64,000 bases of DNA from Eledone cirrhosa (GCA_964016885.1 OZ024741.1:214644001-214708000); one strand, 5' to 3'. Numbered from the stretch's first letter, positions 51,001 through 64,000 are shown. The notes: generated from the sequence alone by a model not told the origin. Numbers and translations are program-made.

Positions 51001-53892
51001 GAAATCCAATCGGTACCTGTCAGACAGTTCAAAACGCCTCAGCAAGTTGGTGAGGCTCTTGCACCCTCCTCCCCTATCCGCTAATCCCACAGTCCCAGCG
51101 TGCATCTAAGATCCCGTTCCAATCGCCCACTAACACTAAAGAGCGGGACGTTCCTAGAAAATTCTCCAGACGCCGGAAGAAATCAGGCCGCCCTGTTCCT
51201 GTCGGGGCATAGACGGCCACTAGCCTGAAAGCTTGCCCTTCTCCGCTGGTCACGTCCAGCAACACCAACTTACCTTCTGGGTCCAGGAAGATAGCCCGTA
51301 TCGCGAGATCCAAACCTCTCCGAAAAAGCACAGCAACTCCCCCCCCCCCCGATCCCGGACGGCTGGGAGATGCGTACACATCCTAGCAGCCGAAGATCGG
51401 TGCGAAGGCCCGTGCTTCGGAGATTCTGGTCTCGCTGATGGCCACTACATCTATGTTTAGTGACCTGAGGTCGTTGAGAAGGTGGCCCTGCTTCCATGAC
51501 GACCCCAATCCACGCGCATTTATGCTGCCTATTCTGAGTGAGGTCATGTTGAAATGGAGTGGAAAAGATGGGAAAGACCACTTACCTTACTTCTGCTCGC
51601 AGAGGAAGGATGGTTTCACCATCCCTTTTCACTTGATCGTCTGGTGAAGGGATCGTTGAATCGCCCCTTCGGCTCTTCTGTGAGTATATCTGAATATACC
51701 CTCCGGTTGAGTGTCTCTCTTAGGTCTCTGAAATCACCAACTGCGTTGGGGAATTTCCTTTTAATGTTTGTGTATTGTTTCTGTGCTATTTTTACCAGTC
51801 TTATGTTCGTTGGTGTTTTGATTGGTGCTACTATTATGTAGTCTTGCTTTGAAATGTATGTGTGTTCAATTATGTAACTCATTAATTTCTTGTTATGTGT
51901 ATTTATTGCTGTGCATTTGTTTTTTTGGGGGTGGGGTGTGGTTCTGCTATTTTCTTGTCGTTGTTGCTGGGTGTGTGTGTTTTGTTGTGTTTGCGATGTT
52001 GGTGCTTGTGGTGGTGGTATTGAAGGTGCTGTTGTTGTTGGCGGTGGGGTTGCCGCCGGTGGTGATGGTGGTACTAGTGTGTGTGGTGATGGTGTTGGTG
52101 GTATTGCTGCTGTAAATCTTTTTGCAGTAGCCTTTACCCTTTTTTCGTTTCTTTCCTCCCTTTTCGAAGGCGACGATGCGCTGCTTCTGCGTTTGTACCT
52201 TCGTGCGACCTTTTGCCATCCCTCTCCTACCTCACACTCCATGTCCGATTCTGTGAGGTCGGGGAGGGGTACCAGCTCCACTCTTTCACTTGTTGTTGGT
52301 GATGTTTGCAGTGGAGTCTCTGTTGCAGCTGCAGTTGGTATTGCTGTTGTTGTTGTTAATACTTCCACTGCTGCTGCTGTTCTTGATTTCCGTGGCGTGG
52401 GTATGGGTGCCACGGACCTATCCTTCCTGGTTGCCGCCTGTCCTGTTGCTGGTAGCAGTGGAGCCGGTTTCGGAAGGAGGGGTTTTCTCCTTTCTCAGGG
52501 TGTTCTTATTGCAGAAGGCCCTGAGGTGAGTCTTCGATCCACAGCGAAAGCATTTCGGGCGTTTGCCCTCAACACTTATGGGCAGTTGAGTGCCGTTATC
52601 GTAGTCTATCACATCCGGGATAGCTTCAATGCACTCCTGGTTGGTTTGGATTAACATCTCAATGGAGGTGTCGACCCAATCTTCTCGTACTTTTTTCTGT
52701 ACTTGCAGTACAGTTGTTTTGTCCTCGATTCCGACGAGGACAGACGCGGCCAGCCAAGAAGGGGCCATCCCGGAGGGGGGGGGGGACGTGGGTCAGTTTA
52801 ACCCTCAGAATTTTTTGTCCGCAGTAGGAGGGCACCAACACCATTTCCTCGCTCCTTAGGGTCACTAAGGATTGAGCCTTTGCCTCCTGGGGTGTGGCAA
52901 AAAGCACGTCAACGGTGGCATATTTCTTGCCTCGGGTGATATGCGTTTTCCGCTGCCACACAGACCCTAAGGCGTTTTGTATTTGAGCCTCTGTGGCCCT
53001 TTCAACCCTACGGGATTTTGTGCTTACTGTACGGTACGTAACCGTACAGTGCTGTTGGGTTTCGAAAAATGTTTCGGCTGCCTTGCAGATTGCTCGGTCC
53101 CCAGTTTTCGTCACCATCTTCTTTGCTTCCTCTAATTCCTTATTTGTTATGAGGATGGTTTCCAGGTTCTTTGCGATACCTGCAAACGAGATTGGTTTTT
53201 CTTTGTTGTTGTTGTTGTCGTCGTCAGAACTGTTGTTACTTTTGTTGTTGCTGCAGGTACTACGACTGCCGCCGCCGCTGTTGCTGTGGTTGTTGTTGTT
53301 GTTGCTGCTGCTGCTGTTGTTGCTGCTGTTGCTGCTAATGATGTTGTTGTTTATGCTGCTGCTGCTGATGTTGCGGCGGATACTGTTGTTTTCCTTGTCA
53401 CTGTTGCTGCTGCTGCTGTTGTTATTACGGCTGCTACTGCTATTATTCATGACGTCAGACGAATGAAATGAGTTTTCGTATTTACCGCACACCTTTTTCG
53501 TCGTTGTCGTCGTCGTGGAAAAATGCAGGTGATTTTGGAAACTATTTTTCTTTACTGGCGTCGCTTGCGAAAGAGAAGGGAGGGAGAGAGACAATCTTCT
53601 CTCTGCTGTAGTGACGATTGCGGAAGAAGAAAACAGAATGAGTGGGAGTGACTTGTGAAAATTCTTTTTGAAGCCATATTCTTTTTTGGTTTAAAATAAA
53701 TATTGGGCACAACTCCCCAATAAGCGGTTATTTAACCCCGAAGGGCCAAATAACGGGCAGAAAGACCCCTCTCACGAGGAGGAGGGTGTTTTTGTCTACA
53801 ATTTGGGTAAAGTTTTAAACAATTTACAATTGTTATAGCGGTTAAAATTTACTATACCTTACAGAGCCGAGCCTCCGTCAACCATGGCATTC
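48008..53892 (-). mobile_element. L1/Tx1-clade element, copy 2, apparently full length, frameshifted, with a small deletion near the ORF2 end
   Basis: ORF1 fragments 52659-53594, 52418-52768 (CFRCGSKTHLRAFC) and 51616-52413. ORF2 fragments 51547 to ~48245 include GDWN, YTDHK, RQGCPLS and AYADD. (TAA)n at both ends. Confidence 0.92.
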
Positions 53893-53910
53893 AATAATAA
53901 TAATAATAAT

Positions 53911-56900
53911 GATTTCATTTATTGGCCACAAGGGCCGACATATAGGGGGCAATACAAAAGACTGGGACAGTGGGGTTTTACAGAAAAATCGAGTAAACCA
54001 TATGAATAACAATAAAACAGTAACAATAACAAAGTAACAATAAAGAAACAATAAATTTACAACAAGAAAAAATTCCCCAATAGGGGGATGACCACCCAGG
54101 ATTCGCTCAGGTACCCCACCAATCCTGAACGACCCGACGCTTCGAGAGCACCCTGGAAGGGCACCCCTCTCCTCCTCAAATTGACCTACCTACAGCCGCA
54201 TGAGCAGAGTAGGCCCACTCACACGGGCCATTCTCGCCACATTCACCCACGTTTCAGCAAATGTACTGGGGGGCAGCACTTCTCTCTCCACCCTCACCTT
54301 CCTTTCCAAGTGAAACTTGAAAAAGTTGATGAGGGATTGGCCGAAGAGAAAAGTGTCTGTCTTCAGTCCTTTCAATCTCGTCCACCATAAAACCTCTTTC
54401 GCTACTGCCACCAGACAGAGGAAAATTGCCTGTCCTTCCTGGCCAAAAGAAGGCGACAGGTCGATCTTCACTATGGACTCGGCCGATAGCTGGATCCGTT
54501 CTACACACGACAACAGCTGTTCAACATAACTCCACAAGTCAGTAATGCACGGACACTGGACGAGTGCGTGCAGAACGGTTTCGTCGCTCTGCGCGCATCT
54601 CGGGCAGGTCAGTCTGACAGCACTTCCGTGCCTGTAGATTTTATCTCGAACTGGCAGTGCCCCCCGGTAGCACTGCCAAGCGAGGGATCTTTGGAAATTA
54701 TCCATCGTCCCCGGCTCGAAAGTCCTCCGGTACAGACCGGTTAGTTCGACTTCGTTGACTCCCAGAGCCTCTCCGAGTGCGTCGTCACACTTGCCCACCA
54801 CTAATCCTCTATAGAACTCGAGAGTGGAAGTTCCACTGACGGCTTTGCGCGGTAGAGGGCCTGTAGAGGGCAGTGAGTGCCTGGCAACATTGCAGATGCC
54901 AGTCACCCAGTCTCGGTCTCTTCTTGACCCAGGACTGCAGCTCAGTCAAAGAAAGGAGCTGCGGAAAGGCCCGTCTGACAAACGGCGACCACACCGTTCA
55001 CCGTTTAGGCAGAATACCTGGAGATGCCGCAGCCTCAGCGCGTGCCTGCGCATCATTAGCCACGGCATGCCCAGCCCTCCACGTAGATGGATTGCCTCAC
55101 CAGCGGAACCTGAACCCTCCACAAGAATTTGAAGAGGAGTCGCTCAAAGATGGCGAGACGCGAACGGGGGCAAGGGACGACGGTCAGACGGTAGTAGATG
55201 ACGGACGCGATGTACGCGTTCGCCACCTCCGCCCGACCTTTCAGTGATAGCTTCATCCCAGCCCATTTCTGGGTGAGACTGACTACCCTGCCCGTCACCT
55301 CGTCCCAATTCTTATCCACCTGGAGGTCTGGCCTGAACCAAACCCCTAGCAACTTTACCGGTCCGTCCGTCCAGCGCCTAACGACGCTGTTGGACGGCAT
55401 GGACTTGCCTCTCCAGGTGCCGAGTTGCAAGCCCACCGACTTTTCCGGGTTGAGTTTTGCTCTCGTCAACCTTTCATATTCCTCCAATAAGTTGCTGACC
55501 ACCTCGATTTCTGAGCTGTCCGACACCATCACTGTGATGTCGTCCGCATAAGCCGACACAGCCTTTCTGCGTCCCGGTTCGAGCGGGATGCTCTGCAACA
55601 GCTCCAGCTTCCGCAGTAAAAGCTCGAGAGTCAATACGTACAGAAGGGAGGAGAGAGGGCACCCTTGACGGACCGATCGGGAGACCCGAAACGGTTCTGA
55701 AAGGTGGCCATTAATTTTGACCATCGAGCAGGTGCCGCTGTGCATTGCAGCGATCAAGCTTCTGAAGACGGGGCCGAAGCCAGCCGCCTTGAGGACAGCC
55801 TCCAGATACCGATGGTCGACCCTATCGAATGCTTTCGATTGATCTAAATTGATCAGAGCCCCACCGAAGCCAGGTTTACACCCTACCCTCTCTATGATGT
55901 ATCGCGGGTGGAGGTTGTCGTGTATGGACCTGGTTGGAATTGCGCGAGTTTGCGCCTCCCCAACCAAATCCCGGACGACAAGCGCCAACCTCTTCGCTAA
56001 CACCCTGGCCAAAATCTTAAACTCTGTGTTGAGCAAAGTTATGGGCCTAAAATTGTCTAATGTGTCCCTCTTGTTCTCGTCTTTCCTTATCAGTGTAACT
56101 ACGCCCCGGCTCACAGAACTGGGAATACTCCCGTTTTGCTGCCTGTTGCAGTAGAGGGCTTCGAGGAGATTGGAGAACAAGTCTGGCATATTTACGTAAA
56201 GCTCGTAGAGCAGACCATCGAAACCGGGTGACTTGCGCCTCATGCAGCCGACAAGGGCATCCTGAGTCTCGGCTGAAGTAATTAGCCTTTCGCAGCGCCC
56301 AGCGTCAGCCGTCGAGAGTTGCGGCAAGCCATCGAGGTAGGGACTGAAGTCCGCCACCATATCTGACCCACCACTTCCCCCGAACAACCGAGCAAAATGT
56401 TGGAGTAGCTCAGCTCGTGTCTGTCTCGGTCCGTCAAAGACCGAATCGTGGTTTTATTACCAAGCTGCGGCTCTGCCACGCGGGCCCATCGAACAGCTTT
56501 GGTTCCCTCGTTTCTCAGAGCACGCGCCTTAGCTCTGACAATGCAACCTTCGTGTTTCGCATTGAAGAAATGGTCTAATGCCATTCTCGCCGCTAGCACG
56601 TCAGTTGCAATGCCACTACCAATAGCTTCGTCTAACTTATCTACCAACTCCCCCTCCTTTCTATGTTTCTCTAACGCTACTTCTTTGCTAAACTCTATCG
56701 ACATTACTCTAATCTCTCTTTTGAGAGCCCCCCACCATCTATTGCTGACGACTCCCCCTGTCAACTTTTTCTTAACTAAATTGTTGACCTGGTCCCTGTA
56801 AGCCTTACGTGCCGGAAATGACATGTTTAGCTTCCAGTAACCAGGTCCTAACCTACGCGTCTTATCTAGGTCGACCATACAGATCACAAACTTGTGATCT

Positions 56901-59786
56901 GAATAGGCGACCGTTTTAAAACATGGACAGCTTACACTATCTCCGTCTGCCTTCCCAATGAATATCCTGTCTATATACGATCTAGATGACCCTATGGGGT
57001 TAGCCCAGTTCCGCACTGACACATTAGGGAAATCTAGTCGGTACCTGTCAGACAGTTGGAACCGGCTGATCAGGTTCTTGAGGCTTTTGCACCCCCCGCT
57101 CTTATCGGATACTCCCACACAGTCCCAGCGTGCGTCTAAGATGCCGTTCCAGTCCCCCGCTAACAGTAAAGGGCGAGACGTGCCCAGAAGGGCTTCCAGG
57201 CGTCTAAAGAAGTCCGGCCGTCCTGCCCCAGTAGGAGCATAAACGGCCACGAGTCTAAACGCCCCACCTTCGTTATTGTTCAAGTCCAGGACCACCAACT
57301 TCCCGTCCGGGTCCCGGAAGATCGACCTTACCTCGAGATCCAGGCCTTTCCTAAACAGCACTGCCACCCCGCACCCCATTCCCGACCGGCTAACAGATGC
57401 AAAGATCTGATAGTCGTCGAAAATGGGGGCTAGTGCGCGCGTGTCGGAAATCCTGATCTCGCTGACGGCAATTACATCCATTTCTAGAGACCTGAGTTCG
57501 TTGAGCAGGTGACCCTGCTTCCAGGACGATCCCAGGTCTCGAACATTTAAACTTCCTACTCTTAATACGGCAATGTTGGCATGTTAAAAAGAGAGAGAAA
57601 GGTTTACTTACCTTCCGGGCTCTGGTGAAGGTCGGGTGGTTCGACCTCCATAGTTGGTGGGGTTTCTTTTGGGAACCCCTTTAAAAGTCTTGAAGTGTGT
57701 TTTACGTTCGGGGTTCCCACGTCCCGAGGAAAGCTGTCTCGTATCTCTTTGTATAAATCGAGCGACATTCGCACCAGAAACAAATCTTCCAGCACGCGAA
57801 ATTTGCTCGATTTAAACATTTCCCCCTCTTTTTGTATATTTTCACTTCGTGCCACGAGGGCCATCAGTTCCTTGTTGGCCCTCATGACGAGCACGAAGTT
57901 TTGTATGTTTTGTTGGTGTGATTTTATTGTTTGCGTGGCTGTGGTAGTGATGGTTTTGGTGGTGTTGTTTCAGTTGTGTCTGTGTTTGTTTTGAGTGCGG
58001 TGTCTGGTTTCAGATGATTGTGTGTGTATTTGTTCTTGCGTCTGTTTAGGTTGTTTGCGTTTGGGGGATTCTGGTGATGGTGATGGTGGTGTTGATGTTG
58101 GTGTTATTGGAGAGATGTTTGCATGGGTGGTGTCTGCGTTTTTTATTGTGGGTGATTTTGTGCTTTGTTGAGTTTTTCTTTCCTTTTTGTGTTTCCTTTT
58201 TTGTATTTTGGGGGATTTTGGTTTTCCCTCATCTTCACTACTGGTAGATGAGGGGTCTGTCTGTAAGTGTGTATATGTGTGTGTTTATGTTTTTATTGGT
58301 GTGTATTTTTTGGGGGGTGGAGGGGGAATTTGACAACTTTCCTCGTTTCCCTCCTGGGTGGTCAATGTTGGTGGTGGTCTTTCTATTGGTGTTGTTGTTG
58401 GTGGTTTTGCCGGTGCTGGTGTGGTTTGTGGTCCTCGCCCCGGCGTCGGCAGCAGTGGAGCCTTTCGACCCTTTGCATCTTTCAGCAGTTGGGGGCAGAC
58501 GGATCGCAAATGGGTTTCTTTCCCACAAACAAAGCAATGCGACCTTTAGCCCTCGATCATAATATGAATGACCGTCCTATTCTGAAGGCGGATGTGGTCC
58601 GGGATTGTCTTCACATTCTCGGGCCTGATCTAGTAAAGGATCTGCAGTCAACCCCGGACCAGTCCTCTCTGGCCGTTCTGGTCACTTCTATAGAGACGGT
58701 ATCCGTCCCCTCCACAATCACACATCCCAGAAACCACCACATGTCAACTCCTGGTGGGATTCTGGTAATGCGGAGACGGGCCGTTCTTTTTCCCATGTGG
58801 GAGGGGTACATTATGACCTTGCTGGTTTTGCAAGGAATCATAGCGTGTTTCATAGCGAGGGCTTCTGCCTTGAACAACACCGAAATTGTGCCGTACTGTC
58901 TGCCCCGCTCTATGTATTCAGTGTCTTCTCTGATGCACCTCAGCGCGACTTCGACATCTGCTTGTGGGATTAAAGCTGCCCTTTTGGTTTCTGCCGTGAT
59001 GCATCTATAATGCACCGTTCTGCGCTCCACTGCGTCAATAGCTTCTACCAGGAGAGTTAACTTGGCCCAGGTTTGCTCTTGCTTCATGAGCTTCCATGCC
59101 TGGGCCAACTTTTCATCTTTGTTTGAGAGGTCCATGTTGAAGCATGGATCTCTTTTTTGCTGCTTCCGCAGCGAAAGTGTTCTTCTTGTTTTCGTTGGGG
59201 GTGTTGTTGTCGTTGTCGTTGTTCTTGTTGGTGTTGTTGTTATCACTGTCGCTGTTATCATTGTTCTCTTTGTTGCCACCGTTGTTCTCGGTGCAGTTGG
59301 TATTGTTGCTGTTGGTGTTGTCGCTATTTGTTTTCATGTTAGTGGTGTTGATATTGTTGTTATTTTTGTCATTTTTCTTTTGTTATCTGTATGTTCGTTG
59401 TAGCTGTTACTGTCATTTTTTTCAAAATTAGATTTCTCATTGGTATCATTGGTGTCTTTGTTCACATTGTTTGTGGTGGTGTTTGTGTTATCAATTTGTG
59501 TTAATTTCGCTGTAGCGCTCCTCTCAACTTCTACGTCGTTGTTGCATGACAGCAGACATATCGCTGGGGGGCGTGGCTCAGCCAGGTTTTTTTCTCCGTA
59601 AATTTTTTAACATGTAAAAATTTCAAATATTTGGGCCAAAAGGCCCAAATATTATACTTTCCCCTTCACAGGGCAAAATCTAAGGCCTTATATCCCTTAC
59701 ACAACAAGAAATATTTAACAAAAAATAGTTTTAACAGGCAAATAAAGCGACTTACTGGGAGCGAGCAAAATACGTCCAATTAGACC
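53911..59786 (-). mobile_element. L1/Tx1-clade element, copy 3 (more divergent family), apparently full length, frameshifted
   Basis: ORF1 fragments 57604 to ~59560. ORF2 fragments 56282-57481 (APE), 55056-56387 (RT, AYADD) and 54190-54906 (CPRC..HALVQC). (TAA)n at 53893-53910 and 59787-59804. Confidence 0.92.
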
Positions 59787-60229
59787 AATAATAATAATAA
59801 TAATCATATATATGTATGTTTGAAAAGGGAAGTAAAGTTCTATACAAAACAGTGGTTATAGAGAAAAAGTGAAGTTGGAAATAGTACGGAAAATATATTT
59901 TAGGGTCTGGTTTTCTTATTTTTCCTTTCTTTGATTCGTCAGGGTGACATTATTGAAAAAATGAGAGGGACAATTCTTTTAAAAAAAGAGTTTTAGAATG
60001 TATATAAAGTATATAAAGTATTACCGGTTTCGATGTATTATCAATATTAAACTTATCAAATGTTGAGTTTTACAATTAAAAAGTATTAATAAAAATCAAA
60101 AACTAAAAATTAAAGATTTAAAATTAAGTGTTGAGGTAAGTTTTTTTCCATTTTCCTTGTTGAGACGGAGACTAGAAAATGAACTCTTGTGTATAGAGAG
60201 AGATGTGTAGTCATATATATGTATATATA

Positions 60230-60285
<56 letters not shown>

Positions 60286-60330
60286 ATATTAATAAATGGA
60301 AACTATATTCATAAAACCATAATTATTTTA

Positions 60331-61262
60331 TCATTATCTATAAAAGGCAGATTGTTGTTGTTGTGTGTGTGTGCACATGTTCCATGTTTATACATTTACA
60401 CAATTTCAAACCGATTCGGCTCAACGTCTACTGTAAGAATGTTGTAAATGGTCTAACTTAGGTCAATAACTATTTATTTCATTCAAACGCACCCAAAATT
60501 ATGGAAATCATCGATAACACTAAATACATGACGCTTTACCCTTCTAATAGAATCTGATTACCTCTCTCTACTCCCCTTAAAATTCGATAAAACTACATAC
60601 ACGCTTACAAACTTCCTTTTGGAACGCCGAAGAGAGATAGAGAAGAGAGTAAGAGGGAGAGAGAAAGAGAACGTTTGTTTTTGAGTGTGGAACGGTCAAA
60701 CATTTATTTACTTCAATGACAAAGAGAACTTATTACATTTCATACGAAACAACAATTATTCAAAAACAACAGATACATTTATTCAACAACAAAAAAATAG
60801 CGATAAATCTTTTTTAAAACCTCTCAACGAACGTGGAAGAAAGAAGTATCAGTTTATTTACTATACACAATAATATACTCTATGAGGTCACTAAACCTGC
60901 TAGAAACAGCAGCTAACTGTCCCCCATATCACACCTCTCCCTACTGTCTTAAATTTAGAAAACACACATTAGACAACCATGCAGAACAACTCCATCGCAG
61001 CTCTGTTGTTCGGCTGGCATCGTCTACGCGCGTGTTGCGCAAATACTGTGAAACAATAAATTTCAACACTTCTTTGTGCAGAGATAATATCCATAGGCGA
61101 AACTACAATTGTCACTGCTGGCGCAGCTCCTGCTTCGGCAGCCCAGGTCTGCAATTCATTCACCCAGTGTCTGGCAGACAAAAAAGTGCCGCCATAAAAT
61201 GGGTGGTGCAACCTAACTTTGGTAACTTACTGACCCCGAGCAACGCCGGGCTTTCATGCTAG
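60331..61262 (+). mobile_element. Non-autonomous Helitron
   Basis: A|TC 5' start (TCATTATCTATAAAAGGCAG, then a GT-rich tract), subterminal hairpin CCCG-AGCAACGC-CGGG, CTAG|T 3' end, no TSD. Excision restores a hammerhead stem. Confidence 0.8.
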
Positions 61263-61321
61263 TTATATATATTTCAAGGGCAACCAAGGCAAATTATGGT
61301 GCGCTTTCATCAGATAAAATA
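61263..61321 (-). ncRNA. Canonical type-I hammerhead whose 3' stem-I strand continues at 60324-60330, beyond the Helitron
   Basis: TATTTTAT-CTGATGA-AAGCGCACCA..TGGTTGCCCTT-GAAA-TATAT-ATA-A[Helitron]TAAAATA. Confidence 0.7.
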
Positions 61322-61458
61322 CAGATTTGTTTTATAAGTAAATATTGAGATACCCGGAAAAAGGATAACCTTAACGGTTGAAGTTTTTTGTTGTGTGCTT
61401 TATATCAGTTATAAAAATGTTTAAGCTTGTTGAATCCCAACAAATTAAATATAACCTC

Positions 61459-61509
<51 letters not shown>

Positions 61510-61910
61510 AAAAATTTCGCTCCATATGGCTGAATACAATAAATGTAATCTGAGTTTTTCGAATATTAATAATAACATTCGATTCGTTTGTAATTAAGCA
61601 AACATGCATCATTTTTAAAGCCATGTCAGTACAATGAACCCTTCATTCTTGCTCTTGTGTTGGCATGTAAATAGAAATGCAGGCACTAATGTTTCTGGGT
61701 ATCACCCTTCATCAGTACAGCTCTCTGTTGACCTGCCAACTGTCAGAGCTCGTGAAAATATACGCTATTTTCTAAAATATACAGTGACTTAATATGCAGA
61801 TCTAACTGATCGACCAGTCTGCTAATATGCAAATCAGGCCGATCAGTCACTGTGTATTTTAGAAAATAGCATATATTTTCACTAGCTCTGACAGTTGCCA
61901 GGTGAACACT

Positions 61911-61960
61911 GAGCTGTACTGATGAAGGGTGATACCCAGAAACATTAGTACCTACAGTTC
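61911..61960 (+). ncRNA. Type-I hammerhead-like motif (a mutated mirror copy lies at 61674-61723 on the - strand)
   Basis: GAGCTGTA-CTGATGA-A-GGGT(gat)ACCC-A-GAAAC-ATTA-GTA-cc-TACAGTTC. Confidence 0.6.
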
Positions 61961-62077
61961 TGTTTACAAGCCAACACAAGAGCAAGAATGAAGTGTTCAT
62001 TCTACTGACATGGCTATAAAAATGAGGCTTGTTTGCTTAATTGCAAACGAATCGAATGTTATTATTAATATTCGAAA

Positions 62078-62265
62078 GGGCGGTGGATTGGCAGTATCGA
62101 TAGAGGGTAGGAAACCATGCTTTGCAGCATAGAGTTACGGCCCTTTATGATCTAAGTTCAAATCCCGCGAAGGTTAACTTTGCCTTTCATCCTTACGGGG
62201 TCGATAAAATAAAGTACCAGTAATACACTGGGGTAATTACTGGCCTTGTGCCAAATGTAGAAACA
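62078..62265 (+). mobile_element. Full-length SINE family 1 with a 17-bp target-site duplication
   Basis: ATTATTAATATTCGAAA at 62061-62077 and 62266-62282. Boxes A and B present. Confidence 0.9.
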
Positions 62266-62310
62266 ATTATTAATATTCGAAAAACTCAGATTACATTTAT
62301 ATATATATAT

Positions 62311-63513
62311 ATAGTGAAAGAATGAAGAGTAACATTGTTGGTTGTACAACAAGGGGCTTTATTTCAGGTATTAACAATTGTTTCATTGATCAGGTGAGTC
62401 TAGAGACCGCTAATCGCTCGAAGTTGCGTCACTCGATCTCCATTACATTGTTTACCTCTGATCAAATCCTCAGAATACAAAAATATGTCATACATGGCAG
62501 GATATATATATAGAAAAATTACAAATATAAAGAAATAAGGATAAGTGAGAGCATATAAGTACAGAATATGATAGTGGTGGTGGTGAGTAAGTGTACGTTT
62601 AAGGATTCTGTGGTGGATTTAGTGGTAACATGAAAAGTCATATTCGAAACATACATAGCTACGTGTAGTGACAGATAAAAGAAAAAGCAATAAATTAGAG
62701 ATTAATTGGGAGATACTAGTATGAGATCCAAGGGCTAAGGGTGGATGGTGAAGGGAGGTTTGACAAATGTGTGTGGTAAATGTTTTGCTGATTGTCTTGT
62801 CTTAATGGGGTTGATGCGGTTTCAGGGAGAGAGGGTGAAAGAGATGTTAAGAGATTTATGATCTAGTGACCAGATGGCCGCTTGACAGCTAATAGCGGTG
62901 GGATGGTGTGTATTCCATACGTTAAAATCCAGGTGGTTCAGTTCTAATTTTGGGATTGCTGGTTGGAATCACGGTGGTTTGAAATTTGTGAACTTGGTAG
63001 CTATTTTATGCCTACAGAAAATTAATCTCTAATTTATTGCTTTTTCTTTTTTCTTTTATCTGTCACTACCTCAGACTCTCTAGACGTATCTATGTATGTT
63101 TCGAATATGACTTTTTCATGTTAGCACTAAACCCACCACAGACTTCTTATACGAACACTTACTCACCACCACCACTATCATATTCTGTACTTATATGCTC
63201 TCACTTATCCTTGTTTCTTTATATTTCTAATATTTTTCCATTTTCTTACTTTTTTACTGTCTTTTTACATCTGTAACTTCTCTACCTATTTATTATATAT
63301 TCTTTATTATTGATGTTATTGTTTTGATTATACGCTATTTTTCTATATATATAGCTTGCCTTGAGTGAATTGTTTTTGTAATGGAGATCGAATGAAGTAA
63401 CTTCGAGCGATTAGCGGCCTCTAAACTCACCTGATCAATGAAACAATTGTTAATACTTGAAATAAAGCCCCTTGTTGTACAGCCAACCATGTTACTCTTC
63501 ATTCTTTAACTAT
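62311..63513 (-). mobile_element. Probable Penelope-like element 3' remnant with an inverted duplication of its end
   Basis: Outer arms 62311-62446 and 63378-63513, inner arms ~62522-62707 and 63020-63226. Contains a hammerhead. The spacer encodes FCRHKIATKFTNFKPP* on the - strand. Confidence 0.6.
62368..62478 (-). ncRNA. Canonical-core type-I hammerhead with a long loop II
   Basis: GTATT-CTGAGGA-T-TTGATCAG...CTGATCAA-T-GAAAC-AATT-GTT-AATAC. Palindromic AACAATTGTT. Confidence 0.7.
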
Positions 63514-63671
63514 TATTACTCCAAGTATAACCTGCAGAGGAATTACGGCGAACTCGCTGCCTAACTATGGAAACATCTTGTTGAGTTAAACAAAGCCGTA
63601 CGTTAAAACTATCCACGACGCAGAGTACTCACAACCTCTAACTGGATTACCTATAACGATAACTTGTTACC

Positions 63672-63755
<84 letters not shown>

Positions 63756-64000
63756 AGAATGGGGTGCTGCGTGGTTGCACATGGGTTACATATGAATAAA
63801 ATTAGCCCTTCATCAGTGATTTTCTAACTTTGATTGGTATTTCATCGTTTTAAAAATCATATATCTCTAGTTGGTTCGAGCAATAGCTAAATAAACCTAT
63901 TGGCACAAGTAATATAGAGTGAAGCGAGCGAATTAGGGCCTATTATTTTAATGAAAATATTGTATTGTTACTATTTATTACTTTTATTAATTTTATTGTT

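Larger units (their letters stand above)
61539..62300. repeat. Fold-back with ~250-bp arms (61539-61789 and 61845-62300), right arm interrupted by a SINE; probable Penelope-like remnant
   Basis: The arms are diverged reverse complements, and each contains a hammerhead-like motif. Confidence 0.9.

Noticed and set aside
59930-60065. Further hammerhead-like fragments here and at ~4636, ~8550-8630, ~34690-34720, ~63530-63590 and ~63806
   Set aside because: The core is incomplete or the stems are too decayed to distinguish from chance in AT-rich DNA.
60882-61262. 126-aa ORF inside the Helitron as a captured gene
   Set aside because: It has no recognisable motifs, and its start overlaps what looks like another short repeat fragment.

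Overview
This is a eukaryotic, AT-rich, microsatellite-dense window with no recognisable host gene. The repeat style suggests an invertebrate, probably an octopus or other cephalopod (inference only). About two-thirds of the window is two clusters of non-LTR retrotransposons (~8.7-26 kb and ~39.9-59.8 kb) whose members are joined almost entirely by (TAA)n tracts. All R4/Dong-like RT + restriction-like endonuclease (RLE) elements lie on the + strand, including one intact 1130-aa ORF at 41680-45072. All L1/Tx1-like ORF1 + APE-RT elements lie on the - strand, end in AATAAA followed by (ATT)n, and share a perfect AAG|GTAAGT motif just before ORF2. Also present are a decayed RTE with three C-terminal C2H2 fingers, two tRNA-derived SINE families (one with a 3' end resembling the Tx1-like 3' end) and a non-autonomous Helitron. 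The spacers between clusters contain about 14 type-I hammerhead-ribozyme-like motifs, many in fold-back or tandem repeats within (TA)n, consistent with Penelope-like element or retrozyme remnants. These include a ~320-bp tandem-plus-inverted array carrying a UUGAUAA-variant core, and a hammerhead split by the Helitron one nucleotide past its predicted cleavage site. All RNA structures were paired by eye, and none is experimentally or computationally confirmed.
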